A stretch of DNA of 64,000 nt from Candidatus Omnitrophota bacterium (GTDB lineage Bacteria; Omnitrophota; Gorgyraeia; Zapsychrales; Zapsychraceae). The DNA lies in the NCBI GenBank assembly GCA_029261055.1, contig JAJDCA010000044.1, positions 141,867 through 205,866 on the forward strand. Direction: 5' to 3'. Below the pieces are notes generated by a model. That model searched no databases. It had not been told where the DNA came from and saw only the letters and a list, made by a program, of their open reading frames with translations. Positions 29,194-39,136 of this stretch are shown here, piece after piece; within the stretch, counting starts at the first letter, position 1; each line of letters begins with the position of its first letter. A program made the position numbers and the translations under genes.

Positions 29194-30096
29194 ATGAGCC
29201 TTATTGTTTTAGGAACCGTAGCATTAGACAGCATTAAAACTCCGTCAGGAGTTAAGCCAGAATTATTAGGCGGATCAGCCAGCCATTTTTGTATGAGCGC
29301 CCGATTGTTTAACAAAATCCATTTGGCGAGTGTTGTCGGACAGGATTTCCCAAACAAACATCGACAATTTTTAAAGAAAAAAGGCATCGATTTAACATCA
29401 TTGATTGAACAGGAAGGAAAAACGTTTCATTGGAAAGGCGAATATAAAAAAGGGGACTTTAATAATGCGATCACGCTAAAAACTGAGCTTGGAGTTTTAA
29501 TGAACTACACCCCACAAGTAGCTGCTTCGCAACGTAAAATTCCTAATGTTTTTCTGGCAAATTTTGATCCTGATATTCAAGAATACTTCCTTAAGTTGAT
29601 GGACAAACCTAAATTTGTCGGTATGGATACAATGAACCTCTGGATTGACATCAAGAAAAAAAGCGTGAAACGTTTAATAAAAAAAGTAGACCTTTTTGTC
29701 GCGAATGATGGCGAAGCCTGCGCATTAACCGGCGAAAGCAATTTGATTAAAGCCGCCAAACATCTGCGCTCTTTGGGGCCAAAACTAATTGTTGTTAAAA
29801 AAGGGGAGAACGGCGTCTTATTCTATTCAGATAAGTTTATGTTTTCTTTCCCGGCCTATCCAGTCGAGCAAGTGATTGACCCGACAGGTGCTGGAGATAC
29901 GTTTGCCGGAGGGCTAATGGGATACCTCAGTAAAAGCCCAAAAATTACTGAAGCTACACTAAAAAAAGCTGTTATCTACGCAACAACGTTGGCTTCCTTT
30001 AATGTTGAAGGCTTTGCCATGGCCAAAACGGCCCCATTGACCTTAGCGATGGTTCATCAACGGATGAAAAAACTTGTTAAATTTATATCCGTATAG
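29194..30096 (+). CDS. PfkB family sugar/nucleoside kinase
   Basis: LGGSA and DPTGAGDTFAGG. Confidence 0.92.
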   Translation: MSLIVLGTVALDSIKTPSGVKPELLGGSASHFCMSARLFNKIHLASVVGQDFPNKHRQFLKKKGIDLTSLIEQEGKTFHWKGEYKKGDFNNAITLKTELGVLMNYTPQVAASQRKIPNVFLANFDPDIQEYFLKLMDKPKFVGMDTMNLWIDIKKKSVKRLIKKVDLFVANDGEACALTGESNLIKAAKHLRSLGPKLIVVKKGENGVLFYSDKFMFSFPAYPVEQVIDPTGAGDTFAGGLMGYLSKSPKITEATLKKAVIYATTLASFNVEGFAMAKTAPLTLAMVHQRMKKLVKFISV

Positions 30097-30165
30097 GAAA
30101 GTATAAAACTTTCCTATCGGCTCCAAAAATACGCCTTCAGGTTATCGTCAAAGGCGATTTTCTTG
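30086..30165. repeat. ~80-bp two-hairpin dispersed repeat, copy 2
   Basis: ATAGGAAAG-TATAAAA-CTTTCCTAT and AAAATACGCCTT..AAGGCGATTTT hairpins; homologous to 10673-10752. Confidence 0.75.
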
Positions 30166-30188
30166 CATGTTAGAAGGCATGCAATTAT

Positions 30189-30470
30189 ATGAAAACAAAA
30201 ATTATTGAAAGTATCGGGTTGGTGGCAGCGATAACCTTACCATTTTTTAATATCCCACTGATCTATAAAATCATCAAACGAAAATCATCTCAAGATTTAA
30301 GCCTTTGTTGGGTGCTTGGGGTATGGTGCTGTATCGTACTTATGGCACCCTCGGGTTTCACCTCAACCGATGTCGTTTGGAAAACTTTTAATATCGTTAA
30401 TATTCTTTTTTTTACAGGCGTTATGATTGTAACCCTGCGCTATAGGAATGGCCATGACAACAAAAAATAA
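30189..30470 (+). CDS. PQ-loop/SemiSWEET-like small membrane protein
   Basis: Three TM helices; IGLVA...NIPLIYKIIKRKSSQDLS. Confidence 0.75.
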   Translation: MKTKIIESIGLVAAITLPFFNIPLIYKIIKRKSSQDLSLCWVLGVWCCIVLMAPSGFTSTDVVWKTFNIVNILFFTGVMIVTLRYRNGHDNKK

Positions 30471-31380
30471 TAGTTATCGTTCGGGGATGGTATCCATTGT
30501 CGGACGCCCCAATGTTGGAAAATCCACGCTGCTTAACACCCTTGTCGGTGAGAAAATAGCGATTGTTTCAAAAATCCCACAAACAACACGCAATCAAATT
30601 CGAGGTATTTATACCGACCCACGCGGACAAATCGTCTTCGTCGATACCCCGGGGCTTCATCTAGGTCGCGATAAACTCGACCGTTTTATGAATAATGCCT
30701 CAACCGACACAATGCACGATGTCGATTGCATCATTTACCTTGTTGACACAACCCGCCGTATCGGCCAAGAAGAAAATCATATTGCAGCGGAGCTTGCCAA
30801 GGTCAAGTGTCCTCTTATTCTAGGACTAAATAAAATTGATATTAAAAAAAATAATGTGCCGGAGTACATCTCCTTTTGGGAAGAAATTAAAGGACAGTCT
30901 GTTCAAGATATGAAAAACTTTATGCTCGTACCTTTATCCGGAGAAAAGGGGACAAATACAGATACTTTACTCAACGTTTTATTTGATTACTTACCCGAAG
31001 GCCCCCCTTTATACCCGGAAGACACCGTTACCGACATTCCCCAAAAAATGGCCATAGCCGATATCATTCGTGAAAAATTATTTCTTTTAATGAAAGATGA
31101 AATTCCGCACTCTTTAGGTGTTGTGATTGAAGAAATGCGCCCTATCAAGGGGAAAACACAACTCATCAAAGCCCTTATTTTTGTCGAAAAACAAACACAA
31201 AAAGAAATTGTCATTGGGAAGGGCGGCAATATTCTTAAAAAAGCCGGGAGTTTCGCACGCGAAGAACTTGAAATCCTCTTAGAACAAAAGGTCTATTTAG
31301 AATGCCACGTCAAAACTCAAAAAAACTGGCGAGATAATATTTCCATTCTACAAGAACTTGGCTATGACCAAAATATTTGA
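30454..31380 (+). CDS. era: GTPase Era
   Basis: GRPNVGKSTLLN, QTTRN, DTPG, NKID and KH domain IVIGKGG. Confidence 0.96.
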   Translation: MTTKNNSYRSGMVSIVGRPNVGKSTLLNTLVGEKIAIVSKIPQTTRNQIRGIYTDPRGQIVFVDTPGLHLGRDKLDRFMNNASTDTMHDVDCIIYLVDTTRRIGQEENHIAAELAKVKCPLILGLNKIDIKKNNVPEYISFWEEIKGQSVQDMKNFMLVPLSGEKGTNTDTLLNVLFDYLPEGPPLYPEDTVTDIPQKMAIADIIREKLFLLMKDEIPHSLGVVIEEMRPIKGKTQLIKALIFVEKQTQKEIVIGKGGNILKKAGSFAREELEILLEQKVYLECHVKTQKNWRDNISILQELGYDQNI

Positions 31381-32038
31381 AAACGCACTCACAGTAAAAG
31401 AAATCCAGGATTTAGATAAAACTGCTATTGAAAAATATGGCATGCCTTCCATTGCATTGATGGAAAACGCAGGCAGGGCAACAGCCTATGAAGTAGTTAA
31501 ATCCTTACGCAAAAAAAATAATCCATCGGTGTGTATTATCTGCGGGATTGGAAATAATGCCGGTGACGGATTTGTCGTGGCCAGGCATTTAATTAATATT
31601 GAAGTGCCAACAAAAATATTTTTTATCGGGAACCCGGCACAGCTTAAACCTGATGCCGCTATCAACTACACTATTTTGAAAAAAATGAATTATCCCATAA
31701 CAGAATGCCAGGATTTAGCACCGGAATCTTTAAAAGATATTGCCCAGGCTGATGTTGTGCTTGATGCTATCTTTGGTGTGGGTCTAAACCGCACTATTGA
31801 AGATCCCTTTAAAAAAATTATCCATCATCTCAATATTTCAGCACGTCACATAATTTCTGTGGATATCCCATCAGGATTAGATGGTACTACTGGAAAAATT
31901 TATGGCATATGCATAAAAGCCAAAAAAACAGTGACGTTTACTTTTGCAAAAAAAGGATTCTATAAAAATCAGGGACCAAAGTTTACAGGAAAAGTAGTCC
32001 TGGTGGATATAGGAATACCTTATGTCTGTTACAAATAA
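31364..32038 (+). CDS. nnrE: NAD(P)H-hydrate epimerase
   Basis: LMENAG, GNNAGDG, DAIFGVG, VDIPSG. Confidence 0.92.
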   Translation: MTKIFENALTVKEIQDLDKTAIEKYGMPSIALMENAGRATAYEVVKSLRKKNNPSVCIICGIGNNAGDGFVVARHLINIEVPTKIFFIGNPAQLKPDAAINYTILKKMNYPITECQDLAPESLKDIAQADVVLDAIFGVGLNRTIEDPFKKIIHHLNISARHIISVDIPSGLDGTTGKIYGICIKAKKTVTFTFAKKGFYKNQGPKFTGKVVLVDIGIPYVCYK

Positions 32039-32684
32039 AAATATCCATCAAGTGATTAAAATTCTTCAGCATGAATTAAAACACCTTCCCGACCCATCTG
32101 TAACGTTAGTTGGAAAAAGATGGAAGAGCCCGTTTCTGGTTTTAATTTCCTGCATTCTAAGCCTACGCACTAAAGATCAAACAACACTTCCAGCTTCTGA
32201 ACGATTGTTTGCTTTGGCTAATACACCGGAAACCATGATAAAATTAACGGCTAAAGAAATTGAAAAGGCTGTATATCCTGTTGGATTTTATAAAACAAAA
32301 GCAAAAAGCATCTTAGGTATCTGCAAAGATATATTAGAAAAATTTGATAGCCAGGTCCCCAATGACATTGACATATTGATGACAATGAAGGGCGTGGGAC
32401 GCAAAACCGCAAATCTTGTTTTGACAGAAGGCTTTGGAATTCCTGCTATTTGTGTCGATACCCATGTTCATCGCATTTCGAATCGTTTTGAATATGTTCA
32501 CACAAAAAATCCTGAAGAAACAGAATGGGCTTTAAGAAAACAATTACCAAAAAAGTACTGGATTGAGTATAATGCCCTCTTAGTCACGTGGGGACAGAAT
32601 ATTTGCAGACCTATATCGCCATTGTGTTCACAGTGTGGTATTGAAAAATTTTGCCCAAAAAATGATGTAAAAAAACATCGATAA
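32022..32684 (+). CDS. nth: Endonuclease III
   Basis: GVGRKTAN, VDTHVHRI and CxxxxxxCxxCxxxxxC Fe-S motif. Confidence 0.93.
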   Translation: MSVTNKNIHQVIKILQHELKHLPDPSVTLVGKRWKSPFLVLISCILSLRTKDQTTLPASERLFALANTPETMIKLTAKEIEKAVYPVGFYKTKAKSILGICKDILEKFDSQVPNDIDILMTMKGVGRKTANLVLTEGFGIPAICVDTHVHRISNRFEYVHTKNPEETEWALRKQLPKKYWIEYNALLVTWGQNICRPISPLCSQCGIEKFCPKNDVKKHR

Positions 32685-32687
32685 ACT

Positions 32688-33974
32688 ATGCGTTTATTCC
32701 TTTATTTCTCAGAAACCCTCGGTCGTAACGTTGTTGACAAAAACAACCAATTCATAGGGCGACTGTGTGATCTTTCTATGCTCCAAAACCAAGAAGTTTT
32801 TCCGCGCACCGAAAGCCTTATCATCAAACGAGGTGTTTTTTACACAGAGTATGCATGTATCCATATTGAGGATGTTCAAGAGTTTAAAAAAACTATTCGT
32901 TTAAAAATTCACCACACCGACATTACATTTAAACGAAAATCCTTCCGTTGTGATTTTTCACTTATCCGCGATATTATGGATCAACAAATTGTTGACACCG
33001 ATGACCAAAAAGTTGTCCGTGTTAATGATGTCCAGCTTCTTCGTGTAGACCAACAATTGTATCTGGCTCATGTTGATGTCGGCCTTCGTGGGTTAATCCG
33101 TCGTCTTGATTGGACCAAAATGGTCGATTTTCTTGTAACCCTTTTTTCACCCAAATCCCCCTACCTGAAACAAGAAGAACTTATCTCCTGGAAAAATACA
33201 CATGTTTTAACAACAGGTCGAGGAAAAGGAGCCCTACGCTCTGATGTTGCGCGTAGTAAATTAGCTAAAATTCCAACAGCAGAATTAGCGGACATTATGG
33301 AAGACCTGGACATTTTTGAGAAATTTTCTTTATTTAAAACGTTCAATGTCGATATGCAGCGCAAAATTTTTACCGATATGGCCCTGCCGGAAAAAGAAGA
33401 ACTCATTGATCAACTAAGCGATAAAGAGGCTGGCAACCTCCTTGAAAATATTCCGGCTGATGAAGCTACCGATTTATTGAACAATCTACCAAAAGAAAAA
33501 ACGGTTCAATTAATGCGCCATATGCATTCTAAGACATCAAAACAATTACGAAAACTCCTCGGTTTTGCCGAAGACTCAGCTGGCGGACTTATGACAACAG
33601 AATATCTATCCCTGAATAAAGATGCTCTGGTCAAAGACGCTTTGCAACTTATTAAAGACAATGTGGATTACCCCGGAAATATATTTCATGTATACATTGT
33701 TGATGAAAAAAATCACCTCGTAGGCGCAACATCATTAAGACGATTTATCAATACAACGCCAACAACACCTCTGATGGATACCTGTTATCATAATAAAACC
33801 TTTGTACGAACGGATGATGGGGTAGAGGAAGTAGCCCTTTTATTAGAAAAATATAAATTTTCTTCTATCCCTGTATTAAATGAAGAAGATATTCTCCAAG
33901 GAGTCATTACGAGTGATGACGTTATGGAAGAACTTATTTCTTTGACCTGGAAAAAATATAAAGATCAGCTATAA
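32688..33974 (+). CDS. PRC-barrel / MgtE N-terminal / CBS protein (soluble MgtE-like regulator)
   Basis: DQQIVDTDDQKVVRVND, AELADIMEDL, SAGGLMTTEY and CBS pair; no TM domain. Confidence 0.85.
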   Translation: MRLFLYFSETLGRNVVDKNNQFIGRLCDLSMLQNQEVFPRTESLIIKRGVFYTEYACIHIEDVQEFKKTIRLKIHHTDITFKRKSFRCDFSLIRDIMDQQIVDTDDQKVVRVNDVQLLRVDQQLYLAHVDVGLRGLIRRLDWTKMVDFLVTLFSPKSPYLKQEELISWKNTHVLTTGRGKGALRSDVARSKLAKIPTAELADIMEDLDIFEKFSLFKTFNVDMQRKIFTDMALPEKEELIDQLSDKEAGNLLENIPADEATDLLNNLPKEKTVQLMRHMHSKTSKQLRKLLGFAEDSAGGLMTTEYLSLNKDALVKDALQLIKDNVDYPGNIFHVYIVDEKNHLVGATSLRRFINTTPTTPLMDTCYHNKTFVRTDDGVEEVALLLEKYKFSSIPVLNEEDILQGVITSDDVMEELISLTWKKYKDQL

Positions 33975-33986
33975 AATATATCCATT

Positions 33987-35246
33987 ATGAAAAAACTTAT
34001 TGGTACTATTAGAAATTCAAAGCCTATCAGAAACTTACTTTTGTTTCTCGCTGTTATGGGGCCTGGCATTATTACGGCTAATGTTGACAATGATGCCGGT
34101 GGCATCGCGACTTACTCATTAGCTGGCGCCCATTTTGGATATACTTTATTATGGTCATTAATTCCAGTGACCATAGCTTTGATTATTGTGCAGGAAATGT
34201 GTGCCCGCATGGCTGTTGCCACGGGAAAGGGACTTGCAGACCTTATTCGTGAAAATTATGGTGTTAAACTGACATTTTACCTTATGTTGGCCCTATTTTT
34301 TGTTAACCTTTCTAACGTCATGGCTGAATTTGCCGGTATTGCAGTCAGTCTGGAAATCTTTCATATCAGTAAATTTATTTCTGTACCTTTATCTGCTTTT
34401 TTTGTATGGTGGCTTGTCGTCAAAGGGACTTATAAATCCGTTGAAAAAATCTTTTTATTTGCCTGTCTTTTTTATGTCTGTTACGTTATTTCAGGATTTA
34501 TTGCCCACCCTAATTGGGAGGATGTTTTTCAACAAACAATTAAGCCAAAAATAGAATGGAATCTAACTTATATTGTTATGCTGGTCGGAATTATTGGAAC
34601 AACCATCGCCCCGTGGATGCAATTTTATCTACAGTCATCAATTGTTGAAAAAGGAATTACTATTGATGAATATAAGCACCTTCGCATTGATGTTGTTGGG
34701 GGATGCATTATTGCCCCTGTTATTGCCTTTTTTATCGTGGTTGCCTGTGCCGCCACATTGTTTCAAGCAGGGATACGTGTAGAATCTGCTGCGGATGCCG
34801 CCATGGCCTTAGAACCATTTGCAGGAAAACATGCCACATGGTTATTTGCTTTTGGACTGTTTAATGCGTCCATATTTGCGGCTTCCATTTTACCCCTTTC
34901 CACAGCCTACAGTATCTGTGAAGGAATGGGATGGGATGCAGGCGTTGACAAACGCTTTGAAGAAGCCCCACAATTTTTTTGGTTATATGCTGCGATGATT
35001 ATTATTGGCGCCGGGGTTGTCCTTATGCCACGTTTTCCGATGCTTACCGTCATGTATTTATCCCAAGTTGGAAATGGACTCCTTTTGCCGGTCATTCTTA
35101 TTCTGATGACATTACTTATCAATAAAAAAGAACTGATGGGTGAATTTGTTAACACAAAAAAATTAAATATTATAACTTGGTTTACGGTCGGAGTAATAAG
35201 CCTGACAACATTAATTATGATTATATTTCTTATTGTGTATCACTAG
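33987..35246 (+). CDS. NRAMP-family divalent metal transporter (NRMT-like, Mg2+)
   Basis: MGPGIITANVDNDAGGIATYS and GTTIAPWMQF; coupled to the MgtE-N gene. Confidence 0.88.
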   Translation: MKKLIGTIRNSKPIRNLLLFLAVMGPGIITANVDNDAGGIATYSLAGAHFGYTLLWSLIPVTIALIIVQEMCARMAVATGKGLADLIRENYGVKLTFYLMLALFFVNLSNVMAEFAGIAVSLEIFHISKFISVPLSAFFVWWLVVKGTYKSVEKIFLFACLFYVCYVISGFIAHPNWEDVFQQTIKPKIEWNLTYIVMLVGIIGTTIAPWMQFYLQSSIVEKGITIDEYKHLRIDVVGGCIIAPVIAFFIVVACAATLFQAGIRVESAADAAMALEPFAGKHATWLFAFGLFNASIFAASILPLSTAYSICEGMGWDAGVDKRFEEAPQFFWLYAAMIIIGAGVVLMPRFPMLTVMYLSQVGNGLLLPVILILMTLLINKKELMGEFVNTKKLNIITWFTVGVISLTTLIMIIFLIVYH

Positions 35247-35284
35247 GATCCTTATCTTATGAAAAAATTAGAAAAAGAGGCTAC

Positions 35285-36133
35285 ATGAAACAAATTTCAA
35301 GTATCCTTATATTAATCGCAACTTTGACCTTTATCCCAACACAACTTTTTGCAAAACCTGTTAAACAGGCTTATACAGAAGCTGAATTAGTGACGGATAT
35401 AAAAACCGTTCAACCCGGACATTCATTTTGGATTGCATTAAAACTTAAAATGGATGAAGGGTGGCACACCTATTGGCAGAATCCTGGAGATTCAGGCTTA
35501 GCGACAAGTATAAAATGGAACCTACCAGAAGGATTCACAGCTGATAACATTCAATGGCCATTTCCAAAAGTCTTTAAATCCTCGGGTCTCATAACATACG
35601 GATATGATGGTGACGTATTTTTACTCAGTAAAATAACGCCGCCTAAAGTATTACAAGCGGATAGTCAACACACCCTCAAGGCCCGGGCACAATGGTTGGC
35701 CTGCGCTAAAATATGTGTGCCTGGTAGAGCCGATTTGGAATTGTCATTATCGGTTAGTACCGATACGCCCGAAATAAATCAGGAAATACAACAATTATTT
35801 AAAACAATACAAAATAAATGGCCGATTACAAAAAGTGATTGGAATGTCCAATCTGGTCAGGATAAAAAAAATATCTATCTTCATTTAACATCCACGAATG
35901 AATATTCTGATAACCTGACCAATATTTCCTTCTTTCCACTAGATAGTACAGCATTCAATTTTTCTGGATTCAAAAAAGTAACCCCAAATAATAATATTTA
36001 CAAACTTCCTATTACTCAACCAACAACTTTTGAAGGCAACATCAAAAAAATAGAAGGGGTACTGGTTTTTCAGAACGAATGGGAGGAAGGCGTAGTTCAA
36101 CAAATTTTATCAATTAACGTTCCTATTAATTAA
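35285..36133 (+). CDS. DsbD N-terminal-domain protein (periplasmic)
   Basis: GWHTYWQNPGDSG and WLACAKICVPG; GAGG RBS before ATG 35285. Confidence 0.85.
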   Translation: MKQISSILILIATLTFIPTQLFAKPVKQAYTEAELVTDIKTVQPGHSFWIALKLKMDEGWHTYWQNPGDSGLATSIKWNLPEGFTADNIQWPFPKVFKSSGLITYGYDGDVFLLSKITPPKVLQADSQHTLKARAQWLACAKICVPGRADLELSLSVSTDTPEINQEIQQLFKTIQNKWPITKSDWNVQSGQDKKNIYLHLTSTNEYSDNLTNISFFPLDSTAFNFSGFKKVTPNNNIYKLPITQPTTFEGNIKKIEGVLVFQNEWEEGVVQQILSINVPIN

Positions 36134-36143
36134 AGGAGAACAC

Positions 36144-36755
36144 ATGCGTAACATAAAAAAAATATTATCCCTCGCTACAGTATTTTTATTGTTTCAAATT
36201 ACGGTAGGGCACTCTGCTATTAAAACCGGGGAAACTGCCCCTGAATTTACCCTAATTGACACCTATGAAGCAGAACATTCTTTATCTAATTACAAGGGAA
36301 AGTTTGTTGTGCTTGAATGGTTAAATCACGATTGTCCATTTGTTCGCAAACATTACGGTAATGGAAACATGCAAAGTTTACAAAAAACATATACTGAAAA
36401 AGAAGTTATTTGGCTTTCAATCAGCTCTTCAGCGCATGGTAATCAAGGGCATTATCATCCAGAAGAGGCCAATCAACTCACCCAAGAAAAACAAGCTAAC
36501 CCAACGGCTGTTCTCCTAGACATTGAAGGAACCGTTGGACATCTTTACGGAGCCAAAACTACACCACACATCTTTATAATCAATCCCGAAGGTACCTTGA
36601 TTTATCAAGGTGCCATCGATAGCATCCCCGGCACTGATCCTGCGGACATTGCTGAGGCTAATAATTACGTCCAATTAACTCTGGATGCGGCGATGGCAGG
36701 AAATTCGGTCGCGACGCCATCAACCCAATCCTATGGGTGCTCGGTAAAGTATTAA
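36144..36755 (+). CDS. Periplasmic thioredoxin-fold redoxin (AhpC/TSA-like)
   Basis: GETAPEFTL, VVLEWLNHDCPFV, YGAKTTPH and C-terminal YGCSVKY. Confidence 0.88.
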   Translation: MRNIKKILSLATVFLLFQITVGHSAIKTGETAPEFTLIDTYEAEHSLSNYKGKFVVLEWLNHDCPFVRKHYGNGNMQSLQKTYTEKEVIWLSISSSAHGNQGHYHPEEANQLTQEKQANPTAVLLDIEGTVGHLYGAKTTPHIFIINPEGTLIYQGAIDSIPGTDPADIAEANNYVQLTLDAAMAGNSVATPSTQSYGCSVKY

Positions 36756-36809
36756 TTATTCAAATAAAGCGCATTATACGCCTGTCCTATTTTGTCTACC
36801 CGTGTCATA

Positions 36810-36860
36810 TTGACAATTATATCATTGTCGTTTAATATTTTGCTTCAAATTTTGCTTCAA
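36810..36860 (+). promoter_or_regulatory. Sigma70-type promoter with overlapping palindrome and 12-bp tandem duplication
   Basis: TTGACA-17-TAATAT (36810-36838); GACAAT-N6-ATTGTC; ATTTTGCTTCAA twice (36837-36860). Confidence 0.5.
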
Positions 36861-36886
36861 ATTAAATTTAAAAAATAGGAGTTGTT

Positions 36887-39121
36887 ATGAAAAAATTGGC
36901 TGTATCATTCATAATGTTTGTTGTATCTCTGTTTATTATTCCCCCTGTATTAGCCTTGGAAAATGTTGATGAAAAAGTCAGCGTTTTTTTAGGACGTTCC
37001 GTTAAAGATCATCAAACAAAGACACGGACCATTCCAATCATTGTAAAAAATATTTCAGATGAAACTTTGCAAACGCCTATAAAGATTATTATTACGAACA
37101 TAACAAATTCGCATATCACGTTAGCAACCCCTGATGGAACAACCAATGACAATAAGCCCTATATTATATTGACAGCCGCAGATCTAACGGATGGAAAACT
37201 TTTGCCTAATCAAACAGCAGCCCCCAAAAATGCTGTGTTTAATAATGGGGCTCTCTATTGGTTTAATCCTATTTTTTTCTACAAATTTCAATACTACAAA
37301 CAATATTGGGATTTTATGGTTCGATATTTTCACCGGAGGTATTTTTCAAGGTATTGGTTTAGTTTCACAGCCTCCATTTTTGCTGAAGTAGCCACCCCAC
37401 AAGACTCTACACCTCCATTTACAGATCAAAAAGGCCCGGCTGCCGGTGCGGTTGATGTCCTACCCGACACTAATATTCGTGTACATATTCTTGATGGTGA
37501 CAGTGGTGTTGACTTAAATTCCGTTATCCTGAAAGTAGAGGGAGCAACGGTCTTCGATGGTTCAAACAGTGATAACTTCCCTAGAGTATCTATTTCCGGT
37601 GACCCTAAAGATTTTACTCTAAATTATGATCCTGAGTTTGATTTTGACTTAAATGAAGGTATAGCAATCACTATTCATGCAGAAGATATCGCAGGTAATG
37701 TCATGCCTACGGATAACTATTCGTTTACCGTCCGGCAAGCTACTGCGGATGAGGCTGTTGAAAACGGCAAATCGAAGCTGATCAATGATTTTGATGTGAT
37801 AGGAGCCCTAGGCCTCTTTAAGGAGGCATTAGACTCCGATCCGGACCATCAAAAAGCAAAATTTTGGCATTCATTAATTGTATTATTCAGCAATCAAGAC
37901 TTATTACAACTATTGAAAGAAGTTGGCCTTGTTGATGAGAATAATCAAGCGATTTTTGATCAAGCCGTAAACTTGCCCAATGGCAAAAGCACAACAGAAG
38001 TACAAAATATCTACCTAAGCACACTAACAGAGATTAATTCGGCATTGACTCTCTTGTCATGCATCGAACTGGCTTTTACAGATCAAATTACCCCTAAACT
38101 CGGAGGGATGGATGAAACATTTGACTTTGATTTTGCTGAAGTTAAATTAACGGAAGCTTTTTTCCATTTACTAAAAACATTTTTTAATGCCAAAGGGACA
38201 TACGACTTTGCAGATATGGATATTGACACTTTATTATCGACGCAAGGACTTGATTTAAAACAATTACTTATAGACAATCCTACACTTTTTACGCTGTTGC
38301 CTGATGCGTCAACACGGCTTGGTAACACCAAAACAGCCATACAAGACTGGATTAATGCTTACATAGCTGCATCTGATTTTATCCGAAACGAACGGACGGA
38401 TGAGGACGGATTAAATCATATTGTAAGGTTCTATGATCCATTTATTTCGGAATTATATGATGCCCCTCAAGAATGGGAAGACGAAAAAATGGCCGCTTTG
38501 GAACAGGAAGAAAAATTAAGAAATACCCTTTCCAAAATTCTTAACCACCTTGGTTCCCCTGACAATTTCCCTGTCATTAACCTTCCTCTAAATATGATCA
38601 AAGACGGTCCGGAAATCGATGACGACGGCAATTTATTAGATGTAAACCTCAATGAATTTTTAACAAACCCGAAAGACGTCAACGCTATGCTTTCTGAATT
38701 GCTCACCCGTGATTTTATGTTAGAAGGCTTTGTTGACCCCACTTTGGAAGGTACATTTCCTAAACTAACGCTAGCCGACTGGAATCATTTTCTTGGTAAC
38801 GGGCCTGTATTATTCCGTCCATTTGCTTCATTTGATACTGGAATAGTTTCGGTACGGCTTTTTTGGTCACCACTAAAGGACAAACATAAACCGAATTTTG
38901 TGCGACATGAAGTATATCGATCTGAAACAGAAGATGTCAATACATCCTCTAATTTGGTTGCGGTTGTGACCAATCCGGATAGTATTCAATTCATAGATAC
39001 TTCAATAGCCCCAGTAGATGCCTTTTATTATTACAGAATTTATACGTATTATAATTTTGGTAGTGGCGAAGCAGCCATTTCATACACCAACAAGAAAAAA
39101 GTCGAAATTATATTTCCATAG
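36887..39121 (+). CDS. Large secreted multidomain hypothetical protein (Ig-like, helical and FN3-like regions)
   Basis: AGGAG RBS; signal peptide; DSTPP..PAAGAVDV..D.DSGVDLNS Ig-like module; C-terminal LFWS..EVYRS..YYYRI. Confidence 0.65.
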   Translation: MKKLAVSFIMFVVSLFIIPPVLALENVDEKVSVFLGRSVKDHQTKTRTIPIIVKNISDETLQTPIKIIITNITNSHITLATPDGTTNDNKPYIILTAADLTDGKLLPNQTAAPKNAVFNNGALYWFNPIFFYKFQYYKQYWDFMVRYFHRRYFSRYWFSFTASIFAEVATPQDSTPPFTDQKGPAAGAVDVLPDTNIRVHILDGDSGVDLNSVILKVEGATVFDGSNSDNFPRVSISGDPKDFTLNYDPEFDFDLNEGIAITIHAEDIAGNVMPTDNYSFTVRQATADEAVENGKSKLINDFDVIGALGLFKEALDSDPDHQKAKFWHSLIVLFSNQDLLQLLKEVGLVDENNQAIFDQAVNLPNGKSTTEVQNIYLSTLTEINSALTLLSCIELAFTDQITPKLGGMDETFDFDFAEVKLTEAFFHLLKTFFNAKGTYDFADMDIDTLLSTQGLDLKQLLIDNPTLFTLLPDASTRLGNTKTAIQDWINAYIAASDFIRNERTDEDGLNHIVRFYDPFISELYDAPQEWEDEKMAALEQEEKLRNTLSKILNHLGSPDNFPVINLPLNMIKDGPEIDDDGNLLDVNLNEFLTNPKDVNAMLSELLTRDFMLEGFVDPTLEGTFPKLTLADWNHFLGNGPVLFRPFASFDTGIVSVRLFWSPLKDKHKPNFVRHEVYRSETEDVNTSSNLVAVVTNPDSIQFIDTSIAPVDAFYYYRIYTYYNFGSGEAAISYTNKKKVEIIFP

Positions 39122-39136
39122 AATAAACCTATTACT

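Noticed and set aside
32688-35246. MgtE-like protein lacking a membrane domain as a pseudogene
   Set aside because: A soluble MgtE-N/CBS protein paired with an NRAMP-like transporter is a recurring intact arrangement, and the ORF is uninterrupted.
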